In this document: positions 10,964-21,401 of the stretch, one piece after another
Layout: each line of letters starts with the position of its first letter
Position numbering within the stretch: the first letter of the stretch is position 1
Program-made: the position numbers and the translations under genes
NCBI GenBank assembly: GCA_963793425.1
Contig: CAWCAG010000005.1
Coordinates: 1,376,001 to 1,440,000 of the forward strand
DNA: 64,000 bases
Direction: 5' to 3'
DNA from: an uncultured cyanobacterium
Lineage (GTDB): Bacteria; Cyanobacteriota; Cyanobacteriia; Cyanobacteriales; CAWCAG01
Notes under the pieces: generated by a model
Databases searched by the model: none
The model's input: only the letters and a program-made list of their open reading frames with translations
Told to the model about the DNA's origin: nothing

Positions 10964-13354
10964 ATGAGTATTGCTAATTTTAGAATCAAACCTCCTAGAT
11001 TAAAAAATGAAATCATCACAGCCATAGCTATCCTAGCTACGCTTATTCCCATTCTAAATATTGTAGTCATAATAGCAACAACAGGAGCTAATAACTTCTC
11101 AAACGACTATATTCAATCTCTAGGAATTATTGATCAGTTTTTAAGCGGTACTTATGATTGGAATAATTATTTCCAGGACACATTTTTTAACGGTCATATC
11201 GTATTTTTCCCTGTACTTATCCGGCTAGCTATAGCTTACTTTGCACATTCCAATGTTTATGTAGAGTTTTATATCAGTGTAATATTTTTTTTTATAAAAT
11301 TAATTTTACTACATGATATTTTTGCTCAATCAATTAAACCTTCCCGTAAATGGTTGCTGTTGCCAATACTCTCATGTCTAGTTTTTTCAACATCACAAAT
11401 AAGCGTATTTACTTTTGGCTACGCAGCCTTAGAAATTAGTTTATGTATGTTAGGTTTTACTCTAGGAATGTGGGGGTTAGTCAAATTTTCAGGAAGTTGG
11501 CTAGGAGTTGTCATCATGTTATTAGGTGGTATTTTAGCATCCTGGTCATTTGGTTTTGGTCTTATGGCATGGTTGGCCTTCCTATTAGGATTAATTCTAC
11601 TTAAGTTCCGAAAAGCCGGACACTACATTGCTTATTTGATTACTTTTACAATAGCTTCATCGCCTTACTTTTTTTTCTTCAAGCTTCAGTCTAATCCTGG
11701 AACTTCAATAGTTCCTACTCTAAATTTAATATTTATTCCTAGAAGTATTGGCTTACCACTTGCTCAAGGTTTTGCTCTTGGTTCTGCTCAATGGATTGGT
11801 TTTGTGGGAATAATATTACTTTTTATTCAGCTTTATTATCTTTGGCAAAAGCATTCTTCTAACTTATTAAAACAAGCAGCACCAGCTCTAATGCTAGTTA
11901 GTTTTGCACTACTCAGTATTTTGCAAGTTACTATATTTCGTGCTAATCATGCTCCTTGGTATACAACCCCATCTATGAATTTTTGGATTGGATTAGTAGG
12001 TTCTGCTTCTGTATTTTTGATTAATCGCCAATACAGCTTTTATAAAATAGGAATTGGTAAATTTAAACCTCTCAATCCAACTAGTTGGAGTTTTTCTGTT
12101 TTGACTTTAGTAGCATTTTTCTATGTTACTTCCAACCTTACCTATGAAGATAAAGTATTTCACCTTCCTTCTCGCAGTCCTTCTTCTGCTGCTTGCTTGA
12201 GGGAGTACCTCAATGCTCCAACCTATTGTGAAGAGCGTTTATTTCAATGGGGACTAGGAAATACAGGTCTAGTAGAAAAATTAGCTACACCACTTGATCG
12301 CCATAAACTCTCAGTTTTTTCACCTCGCCAACGTTGGACTTTACAAGGAGATTTTGTACTCGATAAAGTCAGTATTGAGGAAACTCCAGAAGCTGGTGAT
12401 ATATTCTGGTCAGAGAATAGAACTATTGAAAACCGATTGCCTTGGCATCACTACAAACACCTCAACTTATTTTTACCCTCTCCAAATACGGCATCCTGGA
12501 CTATATCATTACCAAATAATCTCAAGAGTGCTAACTTCAATTCTGCTGTCGCAGTAAGTAAATCAGCTCCCAAAGATAATGCTGCTGATGGACTTACTTT
12601 TGAGGTTTATATAGAGAAGAGTCAGGAAAAAAGAAAGCTAGCTTATTCCTATACAACTAAACCTAATCAAAGTTATTGGCAACCTTTTTCTATCTCTCTA
12701 AACGATTATGTTGGAGAGACTGTCACTTTGCACTTAACATCTTCTTCTGGCAAAAACTCTATTGGTGACTGGGGAATGTATCGCTACCCTTATATAGATG
12801 TTTTGCTTAATTCTTTGGATGAAAATAGTTCCGAAGAGTTAAAAGTTAGACCTTCTAATACAGATATTTCATCTCTATTTACTAAAACAACTTCCAATGA
12901 TTTTCGCTTTGATGTCACCGACATAAACCAGTGGGAGCAGTCTGGTTTGGAAATGATAAATAAAAATCAGAATTCCTCTATGATTTGGAAAATAACAGAT
13001 GTTCCAAATTTAACTTTCATAAGACCTTTGAATGTTCAGCTCAATAATTATACTCATTTCTACATAAGTTTAGCTGTATCTCCAGCAATAGCCCCTCGCG
13101 CACTTACACTTCGTTATAAATTAGATGACGGAGTAGAACAGTCGATACCAATCACTCTTTTAGCCGATGGAAATTTACATGAATATACTTATGATTTAAA
13201 ACTTTTAGAACTCGATCAAACAGCCCATTTAACTAGTTTAAGTATTACGCCCGTAATTGTAGATGGACGTAGTAATATAGCATCAATTTCTCATAAAGAT
13301 AATTGGGTTAATATTTCAGATATTCGCTTAATCTCTAAACTTAATTTTAATTAA
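10964..13354 (+). CDS. Polytopic membrane protein, GT-C-like, with C-terminal carbohydrate-binding-type beta domains
   Basis: About 11 hydrophobic segments in the N-terminal 390 aa; acidic ND after TM1; C-terminal DGLTFEV...WQPFSISLNDYVGETVTLHL jelly-roll-like motif. Confidence 0.6.
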   Translation: MSIANFRIKPPRLKNEIITAIAILATLIPILNIVVIIATTGANNFSNDYIQSLGIIDQFLSGTYDWNNYFQDTFFNGHIVFFPVLIRLAIAYFAHSNVYVEFYISVIFFFIKLILLHDIFAQSIKPSRKWLLLPILSCLVFSTSQISVFTFGYAALEISLCMLGFTLGMWGLVKFSGSWLGVVIMLLGGILASWSFGFGLMAWLAFLLGLILLKFRKAGHYIAYLITFTIASSPYFFFFKLQSNPGTSIVPTLNLIFIPRSIGLPLAQGFALGSAQWIGFVGIILLFIQLYYLWQKHSSNLLKQAAPALMLVSFALLSILQVTIFRANHAPWYTTPSMNFWIGLVGSASVFLINRQYSFYKIGIGKFKPLNPTSWSFSVLTLVAFFYVTSNLTYEDKVFHLPSRSPSSAACLREYLNAPTYCEERLFQWGLGNTGLVEKLATPLDRHKLSVFSPRQRWTLQGDFVLDKVSIEETPEAGDIFWSENRTIENRLPWHHYKHLNLFLPSPNTASWTISLPNNLKSANFNSAVAVSKSAPKDNAADGLTFEVYIEKSQEKRKLAYSYTTKPNQSYWQPFSISLNDYVGETVTLHLTSSSGKNSIGDWGMYRYPYIDVLLNSLDENSSEELKVRPSNTDISSLFTKTTSNDFRFDVTDINQWEQSGLEMINKNQNSSMIWKITDVPNLTFIRPLNVQLNNYTHFYISLAVSPAIAPRALTLRYKLDDGVEQSIPITLLADGNLHEYTYDLKLLELDQTAHLTSLSITPVIVDGRSNIASISHKDNWVNISDIRLISKLNFN

Positions 13355-13529
13355 TTTTGTAGTAATTATAGTTAATGAATATTATATAAACTAATATTTT
13401 TGATGTTCTTATAAGGTTAAACTAGTGAAAAATGCTGAATTGCTTTCCTGATATTTACCAGGCTTGTTTCTGCACAGTGTCATGGTGATATGATTAATAA
13501 CTGGATTAACATTATCCAGTGTACTTAAA

Positions 13530-14417
13530 ATGAAACATATTGTACTAATTGGCAGCAAAGGACAACTAGGACAAGAGTTACAACCTATTTTAGAAACTCT
13601 GGGAAAACGAGAATTAATTAGTTTTGACAGAGCAACCTTTGACATTTCTCAACCCAATGACATTGCTAAGAAACTTCAAGAAACTAAACCCAGCCTAATT
13701 ATTAACGCGGCTGCTTATACTGCTGTAGATAAAGCAGAATCAGAATCAGAATTAGCTTACCAAATAAATGGAATTGCACCCAGTATCATGGCTCAAGAAG
13801 CAGATAAATTAGGTGCTTTTCTAATCCACTACTCCACAGATTATGTTTTTGATGGTAAGCAAGGTTATCCCTATCAAGAAACAGACCAAACTAGTCCCCA
13901 AAGTGTTTACGGCGAATCCAAACTAAAAGGCGAAGTTGCTATCCAAGCAAATTGTGATAATTATATAATTATTCGCACTGCTTGGGTTTACGGAAGCTGT
14001 GGTAAAAGTAACTTTGTCAAAACCATGCTGCGATTAGGTAAAGAAAGAAAAGAAATCCGCGTCGTTACAGATCAAATTGGTAGCCCCACTTGGACAAAGG
14101 ATTTAGCAGAAACTACAGTACAAATCCTCTCCCAAAAAGAAACTATCCAACCGGGAATTTATCACTATACTAATAGCGGTGTGGCAAGCTGGTATGATTT
14201 TGCCGTAGCTATTTTTGCTGAAGCTAAACAATTAGGATTTCCTTTACAAGTAGAAAGAGTAATTCCCATTACCACTGCTGAATATCCTACTCCTGCTAAA
14301 CGTCCAAACTATTCTGTTCTCTCCTGCCAGAAAGTAACCAAAGTTTTAGGCAATTATCCTCCCCATTGGCGAGAAAGTTTGAGGGAAATGCTGCAAGATT
14401 TGTCAGTAATTAACTAA
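13530..14417 (+). CDS. rfbD: dTDP-4-dehydrorhamnose reductase
   Basis: GSKGQLG, NAAAYTAVDKAESE, STDYVFDG, YGESK..GE, DQIGSPT. Confidence 0.95.
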   Translation: MKHIVLIGSKGQLGQELQPILETLGKRELISFDRATFDISQPNDIAKKLQETKPSLIINAAAYTAVDKAESESELAYQINGIAPSIMAQEADKLGAFLIHYSTDYVFDGKQGYPYQETDQTSPQSVYGESKLKGEVAIQANCDNYIIIRTAWVYGSCGKSNFVKTMLRLGKERKEIRVVTDQIGSPTWTKDLAETTVQILSQKETIQPGIYHYTNSGVASWYDFAVAIFAEAKQLGFPLQVERVIPITTAEYPTPAKRPNYSVLSCQKVTKVLGNYPPHWRESLREMLQDLSVIN

Positions 14418-14419
14418 TA

Positions 14420-15334
14420 ATGAATTATCGAGTTGCAGCTTATATTACAGCGTATAAGGACGAAGAAAGTGTAAAAAAATGTCTTCAAGGCATTAAACAG
14501 CAATCCTATCTAGTAGAAAAAGTTTTTATCTTAGATAACTCTCCAGTACCAATAGTTTCACCAGAAAATAACTATTTAATTATTGAACACTGTCCTGAAA
14601 ACTTAGGAATTGGTGCAGGTTTAGCAATGGCTTTAGCTTGGGCAATTGAAGCAGAATATGATTTTCTTTGGAGTTTTGACCAAGATAGTTATCCTACTCA
14701 AAATTGTTTAGAAATATTATTAAGTTCTTATCAAGAACTTGTTTTGGCAAACTATTCAATCGGTATTATTGCTGCCACCCCAATTGATACCAAAAGTAAG
14801 CAAACTATTGGCGGAGCAATCTTTAATGGCAAAAAGTTTGTTGAGGAAAAACCAGATAGTAAAACAGAAGCCTGTGAATGTGATGCTCTAATAACTTCTG
14901 GTTCTTTAATTTCTCTTCTTGCTGCTCAAACTATTGCCCCTCCAAAAACAGAATTGTTTATAGATGGTATTGATCTTGAATATGGTATGCGCTTAAAGAA
15001 GAAAGGTTTCCATAATTTTATTGTTTCTCAAGCTATTATGTATCATAAATTTGGCAATCCAATTGTAGTCAATCTTTTGAAAAAAAAGAAAACTATTCAT
15101 CAATATTCTGCCTTACGACGTTACTACATTTGTCGCAATCATACTTATTTAGAAACTCGTTATGCCCAAGGTTGGCATCGTATTATTAGTACTCTAGAAA
15201 GACTTAAATTTATGCTTAAGCAAATTGCTGCTATATTAATTTACGATCCAGAACAAACACTAACAAAAGTTTGGGCTTGTTTAATCGGAACTTATGATGG
15301 TTTGATAGGGAAATTAGGCAAAACTTGGCATTAA
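14420..15334 (+). CDS. GT2, probable rhamnosyltransferase
   Basis: FDQDS, ITSGSL, LFIDGID, RRYYICRN. Confidence 0.8.
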   Translation: MNYRVAAYITAYKDEESVKKCLQGIKQQSYLVEKVFILDNSPVPIVSPENNYLIIEHCPENLGIGAGLAMALAWAIEAEYDFLWSFDQDSYPTQNCLEILLSSYQELVLANYSIGIIAATPIDTKSKQTIGGAIFNGKKFVEEKPDSKTEACECDALITSGSLISLLAAQTIAPPKTELFIDGIDLEYGMRLKKKGFHNFIVSQAIMYHKFGNPIVVNLLKKKKTIHQYSALRRYYICRNHTYLETRYAQGWHRIISTLERLKFMLKQIAAILIYDPEQTLTKVWACLIGTYDGLIGKLGKTWH

Positions 15335-15360
15335 TCATATAGTCCCCAATCTTACAGGAT

Positions 15361-16434
15361 ATGAAAGCACTAATTCTCTCCGGTGGAAAAGGTACGCGGC
15401 TACGCCCTTTAACCTATACGGGGGCCAAACAACTTGTACCTGTGGCTAATAAACCGATTCTTTGGTATGGCATTGAAAGTATTGTGGCTGCGGGTATTAC
15501 CGATATTGGTATTATTATTAGCCCGGAAACAGGAGAGGAAGTGAAGAGCATTACTGGTGATGGTTCCCAGTTTGGGGCTAACATTACTTATATGCTTCAA
15601 TTAGAACCAGCAGGATTAGCCCATGCTGTTAAAATTGCTCAACCTTTCTTGGGAAATTCCCCTTTTATTATGTACTTGGGTGACAATTTAATCCAAGATA
15701 GCCTCCAAGAATTTCTTGATAAGTTTAGCCAACAAAGTCTAGATGCACTAATTTTACTACGCAAGGTAGAAAATCCTAGCGCCTTTGGTGTAGCTGAAGT
15801 AGCCGAAGATGGGCGTATATTGCAACTGGTAGAAAAACCTCAACACCCTACTTCTGATTTAGCTTTAGTGGGAGTTTATTTCTTTTCTTCTCTTATTCAT
15901 AATGCGATCGCACAAATTAAACCCTCAGCCAGAGGAGAATTAGAAATAACTGATGCTATCCAGAAATTAATTACTCAGCAACATAATATCCAGGCAACTC
16001 AACTCTCTGGTTGGTGGTTAGATACAGGTAAAAAAGATGACCTCCTGGAAGCTAATCGAGTTATTCTTGATAGTTATCTCGGTAAGACTGTAGAAGGAGA
16101 AATAGATGAACACTCCAAAGTGATTGGTCGTGTTACTATAGGCGCTGGTTGCCAACTGGTTAACTGTACTGTACGCGGCCCAGTTATTATTGGTCAAAAT
16201 TGCCATTTAGAAAATTGCTACATTGGCCCCTATACCAGCATCGGTAACAGTGTCACTTTAATAGATACAGATATTGACCACAGCGTTATTCTGGAAGGGG
16301 CAAAAATCACTAATATCCATCAAAGGATAGTAGATAGTCTCATTGGTCGTCGCGCTAGTCTAACTCCTGCCCAGAAAAGACCTAAAGCTTTGAGCTTTAT
16401 GATTGGCGACGATTCTCAATTGCAACTTATTTAA
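15361..16434 (+). CDS. rfbA: Glucose-1-phosphate thymidylyltransferase (long form)
   Basis: LSGGKGTRLRPLT..GAKQL, YLGDN, SARGELEITD; C-terminal hexapeptide repeats. Confidence 0.95.
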   Translation: MKALILSGGKGTRLRPLTYTGAKQLVPVANKPILWYGIESIVAAGITDIGIIISPETGEEVKSITGDGSQFGANITYMLQLEPAGLAHAVKIAQPFLGNSPFIMYLGDNLIQDSLQEFLDKFSQQSLDALILLRKVENPSAFGVAEVAEDGRILQLVEKPQHPTSDLALVGVYFFSSLIHNAIAQIKPSARGELEITDAIQKLITQQHNIQATQLSGWWLDTGKKDDLLEANRVILDSYLGKTVEGEIDEHSKVIGRVTIGAGCQLVNCTVRGPVIIGQNCHLENCYIGPYTSIGNSVTLIDTDIDHSVILEGAKITNIHQRIVDSLIGRRASLTPAQKRPKALSFMIGDDSQLQLI

Positions 16435-16452
16435 GCTATAGTACCTTACTTC

Positions 16453-17445
16453 ATGTCTACTGAGAAAATAGGTATTATACTGGCAACGTACAATCCTAAT
16501 CTTGAGCATTTAGAAAAGCAATTGAAATCGATTCAAAGGCAAACTTGGACTCAATGGGTTTGCCATATTTGTGATGATGCTTCTTCATTCAATTTGAGAA
16601 ATTTCCTATCTCAATATACCCAGCAAGATCAGCGTTTTATTTGTCATTTCCATCAAGAAAATGTCGGTGTTAATAGTAATTTTGAACGTGGTTTAAGGTA
16701 TCTGCAAAATGATCCCGAAATAGCTTACATTGCCTTTTGCGATCAAGATGATATTTGGCAACAGACAAAGCTGATTAAGTTAAGAGAAGCTTTGGCGAGG
16801 GAGAGGGCTATTTTAGCTCATTCAGACCTAGAAATCATTGATGCCCAAGGTAAAAGTATTTACTCTTCTGTTTGGCAATACGAAAACCGTCAACCAGAAA
16901 AACTAACCCCTAAACTTCTCCTGCTCCGTAATACTGTTACAGGTTGTACTATGATGTTTAGCCGCAACCTCCTTCGCCAAATCCTGCCTTTTCCTAAACA
17001 AAACAAACCTGATGGCTGGTATCACGATCATTGGGTTGCCTTGGTTGCTGCCCATCATGGCAAAATTGTCCATATTCGAGAATCTTTAGTTAAGTACCGC
17101 CAGCATGACAACAATACCGTTGGCACACAAAAAAATACTGGTACTATTCACCAGGAATTTGTCCTTTGGTTAGGCAAGAGAGGTCGTCTCACTCTCAAAA
17201 GCTACAAAATCCACTGTAACCTTAGTAAAGCTTTCTACCAACGCTTTTACCCCTATGCAAATCAGAATAAAATCAATCCCTTCTCTGAACAACCCTTAGA
17301 TTTTGGCTTCAGCATTCTTAAACTCGGCATCCACAGCGCCCTAGTTGGTTATGGATCTCAAGGTAATACTCTACGCTTAGTTGTTAACAAATTTATCTTC
17401 GACTGTCTTAGAATTAAGGGTTGGTTGTTGAGGCAATCTACCTGA
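16453..17445 (+). CDS. GT2 glycosyltransferase (rhamnosyltransferase-like)
   Basis: LATYN, DDAS, FCDQDDIW, VTGCT, HDHW, YRQH. Confidence 0.85.
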   Translation: MSTEKIGIILATYNPNLEHLEKQLKSIQRQTWTQWVCHICDDASSFNLRNFLSQYTQQDQRFICHFHQENVGVNSNFERGLRYLQNDPEIAYIAFCDQDDIWQQTKLIKLREALARERAILAHSDLEIIDAQGKSIYSSVWQYENRQPEKLTPKLLLLRNTVTGCTMMFSRNLLRQILPFPKQNKPDGWYHDHWVALVAAHHGKIVHIRESLVKYRQHDNNTVGTQKNTGTIHQEFVLWLGKRGRLTLKSYKIHCNLSKAFYQRFYPYANQNKINPFSEQPLDFGFSILKLGIHSALVGYGSQGNTLRLVVNKFIFDCLRIKGWLLRQST

Positions 17446-17493
17446 CCAGAAAAATGATCATGATTGAGAAGTGTCTTAAGGGCATAGATACCT

Positions 17494-18114
17494 ATGACTC
17501 AAACAATAAACAAAACATTAACCTTTGCAGAATTTGTCAGATGGAAACTAGAAAACAAGCATTACGAATTACACAATGGAGTAATTGTTGAAGTGGCCCA
17601 ACCTCTTGGTAAGCATGAAAATGTGGTTGGGTTTTTAGCCAGAAAAATAACTGTAGAGTTTGACCGCTTAAATTTACCTTACTTCATTGCCTCAAAAGTA
17701 TTAGTTAAACCTGATACTCAAGACTCGGCTTATTTTCCTGATGTATTGATACTAAACAAGGGTAATTTTAAAAATGAACCTTTGTACGAAAAAGAATCGA
17801 CAGTTTCTCAAGGTGAATCAATACCATTAGTGGTAGAAGTTGTGAGTACTAACTGGAGTGATGATTATGCTTTGAAATGGGAAGAGTACGAAAATATAGG
17901 TATCCCAGAATATTTGATTATTGATTACCTGGGCTTGGGGGGGAAAAAGTTTATCGGCAATCCTAAGCAACCTACTATTACAGTTTGTCAATTAGAAAAT
18001 GGCGAATATAAAAGCATTTTGTTTAGAGGCGACGAAGTTATTCAACTAAAATCATTTCCAGAATTAAAACTGACCGCCAAAGAAGTTTTTCGCTCTGCTC
18101 AAGTTGAAAGCTAA
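17494..18114 (+). CDS. Uma2-family PD-(D/E)XK endonuclease-fold protein
   Basis: YELHNG, PDV, LVVEVVSTNW.DDY..K, GIPEY. Confidence 0.9.
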   Translation: MTQTINKTLTFAEFVRWKLENKHYELHNGVIVEVAQPLGKHENVVGFLARKITVEFDRLNLPYFIASKVLVKPDTQDSAYFPDVLILNKGNFKNEPLYEKESTVSQGESIPLVVEVVSTNWSDDYALKWEEYENIGIPEYLIIDYLGLGGKKFIGNPKQPTITVCQLENGEYKSILFRGDEVIQLKSFPELKLTAKEVFRSAQVES

Positions 18115-18137
18115 AAAAATATAATCACGGGATTTTT

Positions 18138-18686
18138 ATGATGATAACTATGGCTACAAGAGTACCAGATGTCAAGCTGATTAAACCGAAAGTTTTTGAA
18201 GATCAAAGAGGCTTTTTCTACGAATCTTACAACTACAAAACTCTTCAAGAAAAGTACGGTATCTCACCTGTTTTTGTCCAAGATAACCATTCTTGTTCTC
18301 AACAAAACGTACTTCGGGGATTACATTACCAAATTCAACAACCTCAAGGCAAACTAGTCCGTGCTGTAGTTGGTACAATTTTTGACGTTGCTGTAGATTT
18401 GCGCTCTTCTTCTCCTACTTTCGCTAAATGGGTAGGTTATATCCTCAGTGCCGAAAACAAACACCAACTCTGGATACCACCAGGTTTTGCCCACGGCTTC
18501 TTAGTGCTTTCTGAAACCGCAGAAGTACTCTACAAAACTACTGATTATTATGCACCTCAACACGAACGGACTTTACTTTGGAATGATCCAGATTTAGCTA
18601 TTGATTGGCCTATTTCTGAAGCACCTATTTTATCCAGTAAAGACAAGGAGGGAAAAAGAATTAAAGAAGCTGAATTGTTGTCTTAA
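18138..18686 (+). CDS. rfbC: dTDP-4-dehydrorhamnose 3,5-epimerase
   Basis: FEDQRGFFYE, VQDNHS, LRGLHYQ, GFAHGF. Confidence 0.95.
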   Translation: MMITMATRVPDVKLIKPKVFEDQRGFFYESYNYKTLQEKYGISPVFVQDNHSCSQQNVLRGLHYQIQQPQGKLVRAVVGTIFDVAVDLRSSSPTFAKWVGYILSAENKHQLWIPPGFAHGFLVLSETAEVLYKTTDYYAPQHERTLLWNDPDLAIDWPISEAPILSSKDKEGKRIKEAELLS

Positions 18687-19330
18687 TTTATTGTGTTTCC
18701 TTCTTCAACTATTAACTGATTCAGAGAGCGTAAAATTCTTAATACTTGATACAAATCATTACCAGGATTAAGTAAATCAAAACCCCTAGAAACTCCATAT
18801 TGTGAAGCTTCTCCTCTCGTCAGCTTGACAAATCGACAACTGCTACCATTAATAAGTAAGCCAAAAGTTGGTTGAGTAGGGTTAGGATTGCTGAACATAT
18901 AAGCTAGTAGTTGAGGTATGCCCACTTCTAAAGAAAATGCTGCTTGCTTAGATTCAATGACTAGTACCCAAAGTTGAGCAGAAATTGCCAACACATCTAT
19001 CTGCCCTTTAACAACAACTCCTTCATCTTCAGAAACAATTTCTACTGATTTTTCTGATTGAATATGAAAGGGGGGCAGATAAAAACCTGCTAAATCTAAT
19101 AGAGGAGATAGTACAACCATCTTGACTGAATTTTCTAGTAAAGGAGGATGCTTAATTAAGTTCAAATAACTAGCTTTTACTCTGTCAAGACGTTTTTGCT
19201 CTTCAGTAGAAATTACTGGCAAGTTGTCCTGCCACTCTGGAAAAAAATGCTCATCTTCTACTAACTGAATATGAAAATTTTTTTCTAGTTCCTCTAAGCT
19301 AACTCTATTCGCTTGGATGGTTCGAGTCAT
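18683..19330 (-). CDS. Stand-alone HsdR N-terminal-like nuclease domain protein
   Basis: LEN.VKMVVLSPLL.LAGFY, G.IDVL, VIESK, PQLLAYM, GLL.NG. Confidence 0.75.
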   Translation of the reverse strand: MTRTIQANRVSLEELEKNFHIQLVEDEHFFPEWQDNLPVISTEEQKRLDRVKASYLNLIKHPPLLENSVKMVVLSPLLDLAGFYLPPFHIQSEKSVEIVSEDEGVVVKGQIDVLAISAQLWVLVIESKQAAFSLEVGIPQLLAYMFSNPNPTQPTFGLLINGSSCRFVKLTRGEASQYGVSRGFDLLNPGNDLYQVLRILRSLNQLIVEEGNTIN

Positions 19331-19417
19331 ATCCTTATGCTACCTCTTCCATTTTAAAAATTGTTCTTTGACTTTAGCGCTATATACTCTTAATTAGCAC
19401 ATATCTAAAAACTCGAT

Positions 19418-20062
19418 ATGAACACTGAATTCTCTCATCAGCAAAACTATGAACTGTTGAAATGGTTGAATAGCAATCATCAGATGTTGCTATATAATTA
19501 TCCTAATCAATATATCGCCTTTAACCCTGAAGGCTTAATTGCTCATAGTGAGAACTTAGAGGAAATTTTAGACTTAGCTAAAGCATCACAAAAGACATTC
19601 GTTATTTACTTAGTACCCTTAAAAACAGCTTCAATTGTTATTCACTCCATTCGCTTTCGTAGTGTTACTCGCCACAACTGGCTACCAGATTATCCAGCAA
19701 AACTGAAGCATAAAAAGAAAGAAATTGATACCCTCATGCTAGTAGATTCTGGTGCAGAAGTGAGCTTAATTTCTTATAAGATGGGTCAACAATTAGGTTA
19801 TGCTCTAGCAGATTCAGAATCTAAATTGCTAGCAGAAACTATTGGTGGAACTGTTGAGTATGTGATGCGAGATGTAGAAATGGTTATAGACAATCATAGT
19901 TTTATTGCTCCCGTAGCTTGGTTGCAACAAATAACAGGAGGAGAGCAATTACTTTTAGGTAGAGAAGTTGTTTTCGATAAGTTTAATATAGAATTTAGGC
20001 AAGCAGAAGAACGGATTATTTTTACTTGGTGTGGAGATAATACCAATTCTTTTAGTAATTAG
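19418..20062 (+). CDS. DUF5678-like domain fused to a retropepsin-like aspartic protease
   Basis: N-terminal YPNQYIAF..GLIAH; catalytic LVDSGA; LLGRE..F. Confidence 0.7.
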   Translation: MNTEFSHQQNYELLKWLNSNHQMLLYNYPNQYIAFNPEGLIAHSENLEEILDLAKASQKTFVIYLVPLKTASIVIHSIRFRSVTRHNWLPDYPAKLKHKKKEIDTLMLVDSGAEVSLISYKMGQQLGYALADSESKLLAETIGGTVEYVMRDVEMVIDNHSFIAPVAWLQQITGGEQLLLGREVVFDKFNIEFRQAEERIIFTWCGDNTNSFSN

Positions 20063-20079
20063 AGGAAAGTCATGCAACC

Positions 20080-20905
20080 ATGAATCTAAACCAGCTACCT
20101 TTTGTATCTATTATTATAATTAACTACAATGGTGCAGAAGTTATTCTCAACTGTTTAGAATCTCTCTACAGCAATTTAAAACAAGTAGCTTATGAAGTAA
20201 TTGTTGTTGACAACGCCTCCCAAGATGGTAGCCCTGAGAGTATTGTCCAACAGTTTCCCCAAGTAACTTTGTTACCACAAAAGCGAAATTTAGGCTTCGG
20301 TAGCGCTAACAATATTGGTGTACAACAAGCCCAAGGAAAATTTCTTTTCCTCCTCAATTCAGATACAATCATTACTGCTGATATCTTACCTAAACTAATT
20401 GCTAAACTTAACCAATCTCCCCAGATTGGCATAGTTGCCCCAACTCCTCAACCCTGATGGCAGCTTTCAGTTTTCTGTCTCCAAAGAGATTAGTATTTTG
20501 GGAGAGTTTCAAACCTTGCAACAGGTTAAGCAATATCGTAATCTTGCTACTCGCCCTAATGTAGCCAAAATCTATAACCAAGAACAAAATGTAGATATAG
20601 TTGTCGGGGCAGCTATGTTAATGCGTCGCTCATTATTTAAAGAAGTAGGCGGCTTTGATCAAAGCTTTTTCATGTACTTTGAGGAATCTGACCTTTGCAA
20701 GCGGGTAGGAAACCTTGGTTACAGCATCCTCTATATACCGGAAGTATCTTTAATTCATCTTGGTGGTTATTCTGTAGCTAAAAATGCTGACTATATGGCC
20801 AGAGAATACCGTCGTAGCCAACGTTATTATTATAAAAAACATCGCCCTCTCTGGGAACAATGGTTTTTGTATTGCTACTTAATTATAAGGAGGATATTAC
20901 CATAA
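20080..20905 (+). pseudogene. GT2 (WbbL-like rhamnosyltransferase) split by a 1-nt frameshift at about 20437-20440, or a sequencing error
   Basis: The N-half (DNASQDGS, NLGFG, LNSD) and C-half (PQLLNPDG, GGFD..FFMYFEESD) join at a C run. Confidence 0.8.
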
Positions 20906-21000
20906 CCCGATGTTCAGTTGAGACTTTTTTGCAAAGTCTACTGACCTTTGCCTAAACTGAGTGTGACGAGATAGGTAAAGTAAGGGACATTTTGAGGAAA

Positions 21001-21090
21001 GTCTTATTACTCTTGTGGCTGCTTTAGAGGACTTAAAAGTATTACAATATCTCTACACTCAAGTGTTAGTCACCCATGAAGTATGTCAAC
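21001..21090 (+). pseudogene. Fragment resembling the N-terminus of a DUF3368 PIN-domain protein
   Basis: Translates LITLVAALEDLKVLQYLYTQVLVTHEVCQ. Confidence 0.45.
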
Positions 21091-21110
21091 ATCTGACTAT
21101 CGTGTTACCT

Positions 21111-21401
21111 ATGAAAATAACTTTAATCTTGAGAAAGTGGTATCACCGCTTAAAAGCTTTACTAAGCAAATCTTCTGGGCTAGCTACTACTTCTCCAATA
21201 ATACCAGAAGAACTACCTTTTTTAGAGGCTATTTGTTGGCAAACTAAAGATGTATATCGTTTTCAGCCAGAAGAAATGTTAAGGCGTTACGAACGAGGCT
21301 GGAGATATCACAGTTTATTCAAAAATCTAGAAGGGCAAGAACTAGATTTTTTAAAGCAATTGGCGAAAAAGTATGATTCTTGGCTGCAAGCTGACCTGTG
21401 A
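21111..21401 (+). CDS. Small protein, probable antitoxin partner of an AbiEii-type toxin
   Basis: ELPFLEAICWQ..EEMLRRYERGWRY; its stop overlaps the GTG of the next gene. Confidence 0.55.
   Translation: MKITLILRKWYHRLKALLSKSSGLATTSPIIPEELPFLEAICWQTKDVYRFQPEEMLRRYERGWRYHSLFKNLEGQELDFLKQLAKKYDSWLQADL

Noticed and set aside
5716..15900. HIP1-free stretch as proof of horizontal transfer
   Set aside because: A similar gap occurs at about 28.4-37 kb and overall density is modest; not decisive without genome-wide statistics.
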